Source: Pseudobdellovibrionaceae bacterium (lineage in GTDB: Bacteria; Bdellovibrionota; Bdellovibrionia; Bdellovibrionales; Bdellovibrionaceae). Taken from it: a stretch of DNA of 64,000 nt. Under the pieces are notes generated by a model. It made no database searches and had not been told where the DNA came from. It worked only from the letters and a program-made list of their open reading frames with translations. The translations under genes were made by a program, and so were the position numbers. Numbering within the stretch: position 1 is the first letter of the stretch; each line of letters starts with the position of its first letter. Location: assembly GCA_039810425.1 (NCBI GenBank), contig JBDHWW010000004.1:56410-120409 (forward strand), given 5' to 3'. Positions 9,511 to 20,800 of the stretch are shown here, piece by piece.

Positions 9511-10329
9511 ATGGATTCTTTCTATTTGCAAACTTACCCCCACATCAGACTTCAACATCACGATTGTCAACTTTGGATTACTTTGAACAATCCTGAGCAA
9601 AGCAATGCCATCACTCTCGAAATGGTTGATTCTTTCTGCAAAGTTTTGAAGTACGCCGACTTCGACCCAGGTATTCGTGTGATCATTGTGACTGGAGAAG
9701 GCAAAAACTTTTGCTCCGGCGGCGATGTGAAAGCCATGCAGGACAAAACCGGTATGTTCCAGGGTGAAAGCAATGAGCTTCGCATGCGCTACATCCACGG
9801 TATTCAGCAAATTCCAAAGACGATCGAAGATCTTTCAACGCCAATAATCGCGATGGTCAATGGCGCCGCGATCGGTGCGGGTTGTGATCTTGCGATGATG
9901 TGCGACCTTCGCATCGGTACGAGCACGACAAAATTCGGCGAGACCTTTACCAAAATCGGTCTTGTCCCAGGTGACGGCGGAACTTTCTTCGTTCAACGCG
10001 TGGTTGGTTATGCGAAGGCCATGGAAATGACCCTGACCGGAGACCTTTACGAAGGCCAAAAAGCCAAAGACTTTGGCCTCATGAATTTCCTCGTCGACGA
10101 CTTTCAGCTCACAGCTGAAACCGAGAAGCTCGCGGTCAGAATCGCGAACAACGCGCCGGTCGCTCAGCAAATGGCGAAAAAAGCGATGAAGGTCTCCTAC
10201 CTGCACGACTTGCAAACTTCTTTGGATTTGCTCGCGGCTTTTCAGGGAATTACGCAGCGGACTCAGGACCATTTCGAAGCGCTTGAGGCCGTTAAAGCCA
10301 AGCGCACACCTGAATTTAAAGGAAAGTAA
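9511..10329 (+). CDS. Enoyl-CoA hydratase/isomerase (crotonase) family protein
   Basis: FCSGGDV, PIIAMVNGAAIGAGCDLAMMCDLRI, IGLVPGDGG. Confidence 0.9.
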   Translation: MDSFYLQTYPHIRLQHHDCQLWITLNNPEQSNAITLEMVDSFCKVLKYADFDPGIRVIIVTGEGKNFCSGGDVKAMQDKTGMFQGESNELRMRYIHGIQQIPKTIEDLSTPIIAMVNGAAIGAGCDLAMMCDLRIGTSTTKFGETFTKIGLVPGDGGTFFVQRVVGYAKAMEMTLTGDLYEGQKAKDFGLMNFLVDDFQLTAETEKLAVRIANNAPVAQQMAKKAMKVSYLHDLQTSLDLLAAFQGITQRTQDHFEALEAVKAKRTPEFKGK

Positions 10330-10534
10330 AAGTTTTTTTAAGCGGAGAGGGTGATAAGTCCTCCCCCGGGCTTTTAAATTCAAGGCTGTGAGGGCTTTGC
10401 ATTTTATTTTGGCGATTTTGTTTACAAGCTATCTCCTCCCGCAGGGGAGTTTCAGACGTCAGCACGAATTTTATTTTTCAATATCCACCGGGCCGTCCCA
10501 GGCCGAGTTTATTTTTTTTAAATAAGGGGTTTTT

Positions 10535-10648
10535 TTGACTAAAGCAGAAGCAGAAGCAGAAGGAATCAAGGTGTTGTTAGCCATCGTTGTTTTGGCGTTC
10601 TTGTTTCGCGTTTTTGCATACGATCACATGCTCGCGATGATGAAATAG
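10535..10648 (+). CDS. Possible 37-aa single-pass membrane small protein
   Basis: TTG start after AAGGGG; MTKAEAEAEGIKVLLAIVVLAFLFRVFAYDHMLAMMK; followed by a GC hairpin. Confidence 0.3.
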   Translation: MTKAEAEAEGIKVLLAIVVLAFLFRVFAYDHMLAMMK

Positions 10649-10673
10649 ATCGTATTTCAGAGATTCAGTCCGC

Positions 10674-10704
10674 GGCGGCGGTTTCACCCGCCGCCTTATC
10701 TCTT
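10674..10704 (+). terminator. GC-rich hairpin, possible intrinsic terminator upstream of pyrF
   Basis: GGCGGCGG-tttcac-CCGCCGCC followed by TTATCTCTT. Confidence 0.5.
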
Positions 10705-10751
10705 GAGTCCCCTGGGGAAAACACCTAACATGGGTCAACCAGGAGATCCTT

Positions 10752-11471
10752 GTGAAGACCAACCAACGCTCTCATCCCATGAAAAATCCGATCATCGTAG
10801 CCCTCGACGTTGACAGCCGCGAGCAAGCGCTGCGCTTGGCTGACCAGCTCGCTGATGTGGTCGGAGGATTCAAAGTCGGCCCAAGATTGTGTCTTCGCTA
10901 TGGCCAAGATCTCGTCAAGGAAGTCGCCGCGCGCGGTCCGGTCTTCGTTGACAATAAGCACTTCGATATTCCTTCGACAATGGAGGCTTCCGTGCGCGCG
11001 AGCTTCGAAGCCGGCGCCACCCTCGTCACAGTTCATGCTCTCTCAGGAAAAGAAGCACTCGCCAAGATGGCGGCCGTCGAAAAAGAACTCAATCAACAGC
11101 GTCCTTTTAAGATTCTGGCGGTGACAATTCTGACCTCCTGGGATCAAAACTCCCTGCCGCCGAATCTCAAACAACAACCGATTTCCCAGCACGTAGCCGA
11201 TCTTGCGGGGCTTGTTCTTGAGTCGGGGATGACGGGCCTGGTGTGTTCTCCACGCGAGCTAGATCTTTTACAAAATAAGGGCCTCTACCTTGTAACTCCT
11301 GGAATTCGTTTTAGTATAGACTCCCTTGGAGATCAAAAGCGCGTGATGGGACCGGCAGAAGCCATCCACGCAGGAGCCTCGGCTCTTGTCGTCGGGCGTC
11401 CCATCATCGAGGCGAAAAGTCCCCTAGAAACCGCGACAGATTACGTGATGGCACTCTATGAGAAAAAATAA
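10752..11471 (+). CDS. pyrF: Orotidine-5'-phosphate decarboxylase
   Basis: IIVALD, FKVG, DNKHFDIPST (DxKxxDIxxT), VTPGIR, VVGRPI; AGGAG RBS before GTG (alternative ATG at 10779). Confidence 0.95.
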   Translation: MKTNQRSHPMKNPIIVALDVDSREQALRLADQLADVVGGFKVGPRLCLRYGQDLVKEVAARGPVFVDNKHFDIPSTMEASVRASFEAGATLVTVHALSGKEALAKMAAVEKELNQQRPFKILAVTILTSWDQNSLPPNLKQQPISQHVADLAGLVLESGMTGLVCSPRELDLLQNKGLYLVTPGIRFSIDSLGDQKRVMGPAEAIHAGASALVVGRPIIEAKSPLETATDYVMALYEKK

Positions 11472-12318
11472 TTCCGGCAAATTCAGTGGCAATAAACCTC
11501 AAAAACAACCGCGCCCGCAACAAGGCGGCCGTCCACAGGGAGGCATGGGTCGAGGCAAAGAGCCCGAGATTCCAAAAGACTGGCGTCCCGTCATTGGAAC
11601 GCACGCAATCAACGAAGCCCTGAATGTGCACCCCCAAATGGCAAAAATCATGTGGCTCCGTCAAGGTTGGGAATCTTCTGTTGAACTTCGCGAGATCCAA
11701 GAACTCGCGCTGAAAGCAAAAGTAAAAATCGAAATCAGACCTGAAAGTGTGATTGACCGTTTTGGCTCATCCCATCAGGGCGCCGTGGTATTCATGAATG
11801 GTGCGCCGACCCTCGACATGGACGGCCTCGAAAATTTTGAGAGGTCCATTATGTTAATCCTCGACGGGATCGAGGATCCGCACAATCTTGGCGCGATCCT
11901 CAGAACGTCATGGTTGATCGGTGTGCAGGGGGTTTTAGTGCCTGAGGATCGGGCAGTTGGCCTCACTCCGACAGTTCATAAAGTGGCTTGTGGAGGGGCA
12001 GAACATGTGCCTGTTGAGGAGACGACAAACTTCGCTAAATACGCAGAAAAATTTAAGAATATGGGATACTGGATCTATGGTCTCAGTCCCCGGGGAAAGA
12101 AGTCGATCTTTGACCTTCACCTGCCAGAAAAAGTAGTGTGGGCGATTGGCTCCGAGGACAAGGGGATGAGAGTCACCACTGAAAGACTTTGTGATGAATT
12201 AGTGTTCATTCCTCAGTCTTCTGCGGCGGCGAGTTACAACGCCTCTGTTGCGACGGCCATGGCTCTCACAGAGACCCTTCGTCAGCATCAGTCTTCAGCG
12301 CCGAGAAAAAATAAGTAA
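11458..12318 (+). CDS. rlmB: TrmH/SpoU-family RNA 2'-O-methyltransferase (RlmB-like)
   Basis: HQG, LDGIEDPHNLGAILRT, GSEDKGMR, SYNASVA. Confidence 0.8.
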   Translation: MRKNNSGKFSGNKPQKQPRPQQGGRPQGGMGRGKEPEIPKDWRPVIGTHAINEALNVHPQMAKIMWLRQGWESSVELREIQELALKAKVKIEIRPESVIDRFGSSHQGAVVFMNGAPTLDMDGLENFERSIMLILDGIEDPHNLGAILRTSWLIGVQGVLVPEDRAVGLTPTVHKVACGGAEHVPVEETTNFAKYAEKFKNMGYWIYGLSPRGKKSIFDLHLPEKVVWAIGSEDKGMRVTTERLCDELVFIPQSSAAASYNASVATAMALTETLRQHQSSAPRKNK

Positions 12319-12416
12319 AGAAAACGAATAATACCCTTTGACTGCCGAGGGTCTTTTTCAGTACAAAGTTTCGGTTGATAAATTCGACATATTAACTATT
12401 CGTTTTTATCGAAGGT

Positions 12417-12492
12417 GCTGGTTTAGCTCAATTGGTAGAGCAGCTGATTTGTAATCAGCAGGTTGCGGGTTCGAGTCCCATAACCAGCTCCA
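12417..12492 (+). tRNA. tRNA-Thr (TGT)
   Basis: GCTGGTT/AACCAGC acceptor stem, GCTGA-tt TGT aa-TCAGC anticodon arm, TTCGAGT, encoded CCA. Confidence 0.95.
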
Positions 12493-12523
12493 AGTTTTTT
12501 GAAGTGCACGTTCTTGTGAGAAC

Positions 12524-12609
12524 GGACAGGTGCCCGAGTGGCTAAAGGGGACGGACTGTAAATCCGTTGTTTCACAACTACGAAGGTTCGAATCCTTCCC
12601 TGTCCACCA
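12524..12609 (+). tRNA. tRNA-Tyr (GTA)
   Basis: GGACAGG/CCTGTCC stem, ACGGA-ct GTA aa-TCCGT, long variable arm, TTCGAAT, CCA. Confidence 0.95.
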
Positions 12610-12688
12610 TCTTAGATAGCTTGTAGTTCAAAAAACTTGAGGGAATGCAAAGCGTGAGCCGAACATTCGCTTAGGGGGATCGAGTCGG

Positions 12689-12765
12689 GCGGGAATAGCT
12701 CAATTGGCTAGAGTATCTGCCTTCCAAGCAGAGGGTTGCGGGTTCGAGACCCGTTTCCCGCTCCA
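12689..12765 (+). tRNA. tRNA-Gly (TCC)
   Basis: GCGGGAA/TTCCCGC stem, TCTGC-ct TCC aa-GCAGA, CCA. Confidence 0.95.
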
Positions 12766-12774
12766 AAACTAAGC

Positions 12775-12849
12775 GCCCTTGTAGCTCAGTGGTAGAGCGC
12801 ACCCTTGGTAAGGGTGAGGTCGTCGGTTCGGCTCCGATCAAGGGCTCCA
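12775..12849 (+). tRNA. tRNA-Thr (GGT)
   Basis: GCCCTTG/CAAGGGC stem, CACCC-tt GGT aa-GGGTG, CCA; atypical T-loop TTCGGCT. Confidence 0.93.
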
Positions 12850-12962
12850 TCAATGTGTCTCTAAGGGTCATTTAGGGTCAGATTGTTGGAATTGTTTTGA
12901 AGTTTGTTTTGATTTGAATTTGAATTTTACAAAATTAATAAAAATCTCTTCAGGAGGAAATA

Positions 12963-14153
<1,191 letters not shown>

Positions 14154-14182
14154 TTGCGTCTTCATTTAAATTGAAGATTGAC

Positions 14183-14224
14183 AGCCAGGGGACATCTCGA
14201 CGAGATTGTCCCCTTCGGCTATTT
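14183..14224 (+). terminator. Stem-loop downstream of tuf
   Basis: AGCC-AGGGGACATCTCG...CGAGATTGTCCCCT-TCGGCT imperfect inverted repeat. Confidence 0.45.
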
Positions 14225-14245
14225 AGGGCTTAAAATTTATGTTGC

Positions 14246-14321
14246 AGGGGTGTAGCTCCAGCGGTAGAGCGAACGACTCCAAATCGTTAGGTCGTGGGTT
14301 CGAATCCCTCCGCCCCTGCCA
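14246..14321 (+). tRNA. tRNA-Trp (CCA)
   Basis: AGGGGTG/CGCCCCT stem, AACGA-ct CCA aa-TCGTT, TTCGAAT, CCA; usual position before secE. Confidence 0.95.
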
Positions 14322-14363
14322 GTTTATCAAGAGCTAAACTCTTTTGTGGAAGTAGAGAGCACA

Positions 14364-14741
14364 ATGGAAAAGACAAACTCAAAAGTTATCACTCTCAGCT
14401 TTGCTATTGCCGGCGCCCTGTCTGGCCTCGTAGTAAGCTTGCTAATTAAAGCATTTGCTGGTGCCTTTGCCGTCGTAGCTCGTGCTGCGGACTCAGACAT
14501 CTTCCGTCACGGCTTGCCGTTGATCGTGGGCTTCGGTATTTTTGCTTATTTTCAATTTAACTCTAAAATCGTTACTTGGGCTGACGAAGTCGTGGCTGAA
14601 GTTCGCAAGGTTGTATGGCCGACTCGCAAGGACACTACTGCAATGACGATCGTTGTGATCATCATGGTTTTGATCTCTAGCTTGATCATCAGTTCTTTCG
14701 ATTTGATGTCTGGATACGTTATTAACTACCTCATGAGATAG
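14364..14741 (+). CDS. secE: Preprotein translocase subunit SecE (three-TM form)
   Basis: EVRKVVWPTRKDT motif plus TM helices; located before nusG. Confidence 0.92.
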   Translation: MEKTNSKVITLSFAIAGALSGLVVSLLIKAFAGAFAVVARAADSDIFRHGLPLIVGFGIFAYFQFNSKIVTWADEVVAEVRKVVWPTRKDTTAMTIVVIIMVLISSLIISSFDLMSGYVINYLMR

Positions 14742-14750
14742 GAAGTGACC

Positions 14751-15284
14751 ATGGATAAAAAGTGGTACATCGTAAATACTCAGACCGGTTGTGAAGCCAC
14801 AGCTAAAACTGCCATTGAAGAGCGCGTTCGCTCTCAAAAGATGGAACAGTTCTTTGGTCAAATTTTGATCCCTTCTGAAAACGTTGTGGAACTGGTTAAG
14901 GGGCAAAAGCAGACAAAATCCCGTAAATTCTTCCCGGGCTACATGTTCGTTCAAATGTTCTTAAATGACGAGACATGGCATCTTGTAAAACATTCATCAA
15001 AGGTGACAGGCTTCGTTGGGGGTGCTAAAACTCGTCCTCCCGAAGTTCCAGAGGCCGAAGTTTTGCGCGTAACTCAGCAGATGGCTGGCGTTGCCGAAAA
15101 ACCAAAACCGAAGGTGAAATTTTCCGTGGGTGAGAACGTGACGGTTATTGACGGCCCATTCTCTAACTTCAGCGGAACTGTTGAAGAGATCAATGAGGAC
15201 AAAGCGAAAGTGAAAGTTCTCGTGAGCATCTTCGGAAGACCAACTCCAGTGGAGTTGGACTTCATTCAGGTGGAAAAACACTAG
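14751..15284 (+). CDS. nusG: Transcription termination/antitermination factor NusG
   Basis: [17 protein letters not shown] motif [21 protein letters not shown]. Confidence 0.98.
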   Translation: MDKKWYIVNTQTGCEATAKTAIEERVRSQKMEQFFGQILIPSENVVELVKGQKQTKSRKFFPGYMFVQMFLNDETWHLVKHSSKVTGFVGGAKTRPPEVPEAEVLRVTQQMAGVAEKPKPKVKFSVGENVTVIDGPFSNFSGTVEEINEDKAKVKVLVSIFGRPTPVELDFIQVEKH

Positions 15285-15345
15285 TTTTTTAACTCCCTAA
15301 ATTTAGGGAGAATTATTAATAACAACCCTATTGCAGGAGTGGGTC

Positions 15346-15771
15346 ATGGCAAAAAAAGTTACAGGAATGATCAAGCTGCAGATACCGGCAGGGAAAGCGA
15401 ATCCAGCTCCTCCCGTTGGACCGGCGCTCGGACAGCATGGGGTAAACATCATGGAATTCTGTAAGCAGTTCAATGCTCGTACGCAAGCATTGGGTGATAG
15501 CATCATCCCTATCATTATTACAGTTTACCAAGACAGATCGTTTACCTTCATCACAAAAACACCTCCGGTGTCTTCTCTGATCAAGAAAGCATTGAAATTG
15601 GAATCAGGTTCCAAAATGCCTCAGAAAGATAAAGTTGGTAAAATCAAGAACGATCAAGTGAAACAAATCGCAACTACTAAGTTGCCGGATTTGAACTGCT
15701 TGAAAGTAGAGTCCGCTATGTCGCAAGTTATTGGTACTGCGAAGAGCATGGGCATCGAGCTTGCGGACTAA
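15346..15771 (+). CDS. rplK: 50S ribosomal protein L11
   Basis: [31 protein letters not shown] before ATG 15346. Confidence 0.98.
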   Translation: MAKKVTGMIKLQIPAGKANPAPPVGPALGQHGVNIMEFCKQFNARTQALGDSIIPIIITVYQDRSFTFITKTPPVSSLIKKALKLESGSKMPQKDKVGKIKNDQVKQIATTKLPDLNCLKVESAMSQVIGTAKSMGIELAD

Positions 15772-15782
15772 GGTGGTGATGT

Positions 15783-16487
15783 ATGGCAAATAAAAGATTC
15801 AAAGCAGCGGCTAAAAAAGTTGATTCTACAAAGAAATACACTGTAGACGAAGCGTTCAAAATGGTTGTTGAAAATGCGACAGCAAAATTCGACGAAACTA
15901 TCGACGTGGCTCTTCGCCTTGGTATTGATCCAAAACAATCTGACCAGCAAGTTCGTGGCGCGATCGCGCTTCCTCATGGTCTTGGTAAAACCGTAAAGGT
16001 TGTGGTTTTCGCGAAAGGCCCTAAAGAGGCTGAAGCGAAAAATGCAGGCGCAGACTTCGTAGGCGCGGACGACCTCGTGGCTAAAATCCAAGGAGGTTGG
16101 TTAGACTTCGACAAATGTATTGCGACACCGGATATGATGGCGACTGTTTCTAAGGTTGCTAAGATTCTTGGTCCTCGTGGTTTGATGCCAAACCCAAAAG
16201 TTGGCACTGTGACTATGGCCGTTGGAGAGGCAGTGACTGCTGAGAAGAAGGGTAAATTGGATTTCCGCGTTGATAAAGCGGGTATTGTACACGCTGGCAT
16301 CGGCAAAAAATCCATGGGTGATGCTAAGCTTCGCGATAACTTCCTCACTTTGATGGGAGCTATCTTGAAAGCAAAACCTGCTTCTTCAAAAGGTATCTAT
16401 CTTCAATCAATTGCTGTGTCCTCGACAATGGGTCCAGGCATGAAGTTAGATACGAACCAAGCAGCTAGCGTTGCTGTGAGTGTTTAA
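15783..16487 (+). CDS. rplA: 50S ribosomal protein L1
   Basis: AKFDETID, LGPRGLMPNPKVGTV, SSTMGPG. Confidence 0.98.
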   Translation: MANKRFKAAAKKVDSTKKYTVDEAFKMVVENATAKFDETIDVALRLGIDPKQSDQQVRGAIALPHGLGKTVKVVVFAKGPKEAEAKNAGADFVGADDLVAKIQGGWLDFDKCIATPDMMATVSKVAKILGPRGLMPNPKVGTVTMAVGEAVTAEKKGKLDFRVDKAGIVHAGIGKKSMGDAKLRDNFLTLMGAILKAKPASSKGIYLQSIAVSSTMGPGMKLDTNQAASVAVSV

Positions 16488-16506
16488 TTAATTTTTATAA
16501 AAACTA

Positions 16507-16636
16507 TTGCGATCAGAGACAGTAGGTCGTCCCCAGTTTAACCGCCGGGGACTTTAATTCCAGATGGATCCTACCGAGATAAGGCAAAAAGAGTTTACTT
16601 CCCAAAGTACCTCCCGAAACCGACCTGACTCGCATA
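16507..16636 (+). promoter_or_regulatory. Putative L10 leader (autogenous control of rplJ-rplL)
   Basis: GAGACAGTAGG (16516-16526) ... CCTACCGAG (16570-16578) match the core I recall for the Rfam L10_leader; located in the rplJ 5' UTR. Confidence 0.65.
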
Positions 16637-16660
16637 AATCTAGTGAAAGGAGGCCCTTAT

Positions 16661-17191
16661 ATGATGATCACTCGTGCTGATAAAGAACAAGAGATTAAGC
16701 TTTTGACTGACAAACTTGCCAAGTCAAAAGGGGCCTTCGTCGTAGATTTCAAAGGTATGAAAGTGGAGCAGGTTACTTCTCTCCGTAAAAAACTTCATAC
16801 TTCTGAATCTGAGATGAAGGTTGTTCGTAATACTCTTGCTAAAAGAGCGCTAAAAGATCACCCAGCCGTAGAGAAAGCTTTGACGACTTCCCTTAAAGGA
16901 ACCAATGCAATTGTGTTCTCTTATGGCGAGGTTAATGCCACTGCTAAAGTTTTGGCGGACTTCGCGAAAGACGTTGAAGTTTTGCAAATCAAAACTGGTG
17001 TAATGGACGGCGAAGGAATGGACGCTGCAAAGATTAATTTCTTGGCGACTCTTCCTGGCAAAGATCAGCTTCGTGCGCAATTCTTGGCTACTCTTAATGC
17101 TCCGGCGGCAAAACTCGCTCGTTGCATTAACGAATACGTTAAGAAATTGGGTGGCGAAGATGCTTCTGCTGCAGCGGCTCCACAAGCGTAA
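16661..17191 (+). CDS. rplJ: 50S ribosomal protein L10
   Basis: [37 protein letters not shown]. Confidence 0.97.
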   Translation: MMITRADKEQEIKLLTDKLAKSKGAFVVDFKGMKVEQVTSLRKKLHTSESEMKVVRNTLAKRALKDHPAVEKALTTSLKGTNAIVFSYGEVNATAKVLADFAKDVEVLQIKTGVMDGEGMDAAKINFLATLPGKDQLRAQFLATLNAPAAKLARCINEYVKKLGGEDASAAAAPQA

Positions 17192-17244
17192 TTGTGAAGT
17201 TATTATTTGTATTTATTTTTTAAAAATTTATTTCGGAGGATTTT

Positions 17245-17616
17245 ATGTCTTTGACTAATGATCAATTGATCGACGCATTGTCGACTAAAACTGTTCTTGA
17301 ACTTGCTGAGCTTGTTAAAATGTTGGAAGAGAAGTGGGGCGTTTCTGCTGCTGCTCCTGTAATGATGGCTGGAGGCGCAGGCCCTGCGGCTGCTGTTGAA
17401 GAAAAAACAGCTTTCGATGTCATTCTCGTTGACGCAGGAGCTAACAAAATCAACGTTATTAAAGAGGTACGTGGCTTGACTGGTTTGGGCTTGGCAGAAG
17501 CGAAAGCTCTTGTTGAAGCTGGTGGCAAAGCAGTTAAAGAAGGCGCTACTAAAGAAGACGCTGAGAAAATTAAAAAGGCTCTTGAAGCAGCCGGCGCGAA
17601 AGTTCAAGTTAAGTAA
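17245..17616 (+). CDS. rplL: 50S ribosomal protein L7/L12
   Basis: [10 protein letters not shown] hinge, [21 protein letters not shown]. Confidence 0.98.
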   Translation: MSLTNDQLIDALSTKTVLELAELVKMLEEKWGVSAAAPVMMAGGAGPAAAVEEKTAFDVILVDAGANKINVIKEVRGLTGLGLAEAKALVEAGGKAVKEGATKEDAEKIKKALEAAGAKVQVK

Positions 17617-17631
17617 TCATTTTATGATCTT

Positions 17632-17681
17632 ATGGCCTCTTTTTGAGCAGTATTGCAAAAAAGAGGCCATTTTGCGTTTTT
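17632..17681 (+). terminator. Intrinsic terminator/attenuator between rplL and rpoB
   Basis: ATGGCCTCTTTTT...AAAAAGAGGCCAT stem followed by a T-rich tract. Confidence 0.7.
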
Positions 17682-17695
17682 CTTGAAAAGCAACA

Positions 17696-17724
17696 TTGAC
17701 CCCTAGACGTAGGGGGATTATATT
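17696..17724 (+). promoter_or_regulatory. Putative sigma70 promoter for rpoBC
   Basis: TTGACC-17 nt-TATATT. Confidence 0.55.
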
Positions 17725-17841
17725 TTTTCGGCTATGCTTTTGCCGAAGGGATCGGTTTACCCCTATCCCAGTGTATTTCTAGTGTTGAAACATGAGAACG
17801 GTTTCAACGACTTAGATGGTTTGATCTTTAAGGGAGATTAG

Positions 17842-20800
17842 ATGGATAAAACTCCAATCACGGCCTCAAATCTGCGTATCAGAAAATCTTTCGCACAAAA
17901 CAAACAAGTTATCGACATTCCAAATCTGATTGAATTGCAAAAATCTTCTTACGAAGCGTTCTTGCAAAAAGATACAGATCCAGATCGTCGTGGAGAAGCT
18001 GGTCTTAACGGAGTTTTCAAATCCGTATTCCCAATCAGCGACTTCAATAATACTGCGAGCTTGGAATTCGTGAGCTACACTCTCGAGCCGGCTAAGTACG
18101 ACGTTGATGAGTGCCGACAGCGCGGAATGACTTTCGCAGCGCCAATCAAAGTAACTCTTCGTCTTATCGTATTCGACGTTGATGAAGAAACTGAAGCACG
18201 CAGCATCCGAGATGTAAAAGAACAAGAAGTATATCTCGGGGAAATTCCTCTCATGACTGCGAATGGTTCTTTCATTATCAATGGTACTGAGCGCGTTGTT
18301 GTGTCTCAGTTGCATCGTTCTCCGGGCGTATTCTTCGACCACGATGGCGGTAAAAACGCGACTTCTGGTAAACTCATCTACTCTGCACGCGTGATCCCTT
18401 ATCGCGGTTCTTGGTTAGATGCTGAGTTTGACCAAAAGGATTTGATCCACGTCCGCATCGATCGTCGCCGCAAATTCCCTGTGACGATCCTTTTGAAAGC
18501 TCTTGGTTACAATACTGAAAAACTTCTCGAATACTTTTACGATCTCGATGAAGTTTATGTAAAATCTGGCAAGCTCTACAGAAAACTCGACATCGAAAGA
18601 ATGTCTGGTCAACGTGCGATTGCTGATATCGTAGATCCTAAAACTGGTGAAGCACTCGTTAAAGCGGGTCGTCGTATCACTCGTGCTGTTGTTAAGAAAA
18701 TCAAAGACATCAACCTGACTGAGGTTGATGTTAATCCAGAGGATTTGGATGGTAAGGTCCTGGCGAAGCCTTTGATCGACGAATCTACGGGTGAAATCAT
18801 CGCTGATGCGAATGCAGAGTTGAGCGCCAGCTTGATCAAGAAGGCAGTCGCTTTAGGTATCGATCGGTTCTTCATGATCTTCTTTGACGGTTTGACCGTC
18901 GGTCCTTATCTCAGAAACACTTTGCTTGTTGATAAAGTTAACAACAAAGATGAGTCGTTGATCGAGATCTACAAGCGCCTTCGTCCTGGTGAGCCTCCTA
19001 CATTGGAAGCCGCAACGGCATTCTTCCAACGCTTGTTCTTTGATCCTGAGACATATGACCTCTCTGAAGTAGGCCGTATCAAGATCAATCATAAATTCGG
19101 TATCTCTATGGAGGAATGCCCTCCTGAGTTCAGAACTCTGACTCATAAGGATATCCTTTCTACTATTAAAACTTTGATCGACCTTAAGAATGGTCGCGGC
19201 GTGATCGATGATATCGATCACTTGGGTAACCGCCGTGTTCGTTCCGTAGGCGAGTTGTTGGAAAACCAATACCGTATCGGTCTCGTTCGTATGGAGCGTG
19301 CGATTCGTGAGCGTATGTCCCTCCAAGACGTTGAGACGATGATGCCTCATGACCTTGTGAATGCAAAGCCAGTGAACGCGGTTGTTAAGGAATTCTTCGG
19401 TTCATCTCAATTGTCACAGTTCATGGATCAAACAAATCCATTGTCTGAGATCACGCACAAGCGTCGCTTGTCCGCTCTCGGTCCCGGTGGGTTGACTCGT
19501 GACCGTGCCGGCTTCGAAGTGCGCGACGTACATCCCACGCACTATGGTCGTATTTGCCCAATCGAAACGCCAGAGGGCCCAAATATCGGCTTGATCTCGT
19601 CTTTGGCAACGTACGCTCGTATTAACAATTACGGCTTTATCGAAACGCCATACCGTAAGGTTGAAAGCGGTAAAATTTCTTCAAGCATCAATTACTTGTC
19701 TGCTTTGGAAGAGGCGGGTCACTACATCGCTCCAGCAGCGCGCGATGAAGCTGGCCATAAAGAAATTCAAACTCCAACCACCATCACTCGTCGTGACGGG
19801 GAGTATGAAATCGTTGATAAGGAAAAAGTTGGTTTGATGGACGTTTCTCCATCCCAACTCGTTTCTATCGCGGCTTCTTTGATTCCATTCCTTGAGCATG
19901 ATGATGCCAATCGGGCATTGATGGGATCGAACATGCAACGTCAAGCAGTGCCATTGCTCCGTTCTCGCGCTCCACTTGTTGGTACGGGCGTTGAGAGACT
20001 CGTTGCCCGCGATTCTGGCACATCTGTTGTTGCGTTGAATGACGGTATCGTTGAAGAGGTAGATGCATCTCGTATCGTTATCCGCCGTTTTGCAAAGGGT
20101 GGCGAACTCGGTGCAAACGTTGATATCTACAACTTGACGAAGTATCAAAGAACAAACACGAATACATGCTTCAATCAAAAACCTATCGTAAAAGTAGGCG
20201 ATCGTATTTCGAAGAGCGATATTCTCGCTGATGGTCCGGCAACTGAGCTCGGCGAGTTGGCTCTTGGCCAAAACATCTTGGTCGCGTTCACCCCTTGGAT
20301 GGGTTACAATTTCGAAGATTCTATTTTGATCTCTGAGCGTCTTTTGAAAGAAGACGTTTATACATCCATCCACATCGAAGAATTCGAATGTGTTGCTCGT
20401 GATACAAAACTTGGTAAAGAAGAAATCACACGCGATATCGCGAACGTGGGTGAAGAGGCCCTTAAAGACCTCGATACGTCAGGTATCATCCGTATTGGTG
20501 CTGAAGTTCGTCCAGGTTATATCCTTGTTGGTAAAGTAACACCGAAAGGCGAGACTCAGCTTTCTCCTGAAGAAAAACTCTTGAGAGCGATCTTCGGTGA
20601 AAAGGCTGGCGACGTTCGTGATACCTCGCTCCGCGCCCCATCTGGTGTTTACGGGACCGTGATCGATGCTCAAGTTTACTCTCGTGAAGGCGCAGACCGC
20701 GATGAACGTTTGTCGTCAATCATCGAAGAGAAAAAACGCAAGCTTGAAAAAGACTTGGCCGTTGAACAGAACGTTATCAAAAATAACGCGATTTCTAAAC

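Noticed and set aside
10544..10561. (GCAGAA)x3 repeat as a CRISPR or VNTR locus
   Set aside because: Only three 6-mers with no spacers and no cas genes; no CRISPR-like array was seen anywhere in the window
10700..10770. 6S RNA or known riboswitch upstream of pyrF
   Set aside because: Only short stems; no recognisable consensus by eye; an Infernal/Rfam scan would be needed
12671..12871. 66-aa reverse ORF
   Set aside because: Antisense to tRNA-Gly and tRNA-Thr; a typical spurious call
19390..19500. Rifampicin-resistance substitutions in RpoB (also streptomycin sites in S12)
   Set aside because: Cluster I reads as wild-type consensus ([20 protein letters not shown]); the S12 PKKPNS and RVKDLPG motifs are also canonical
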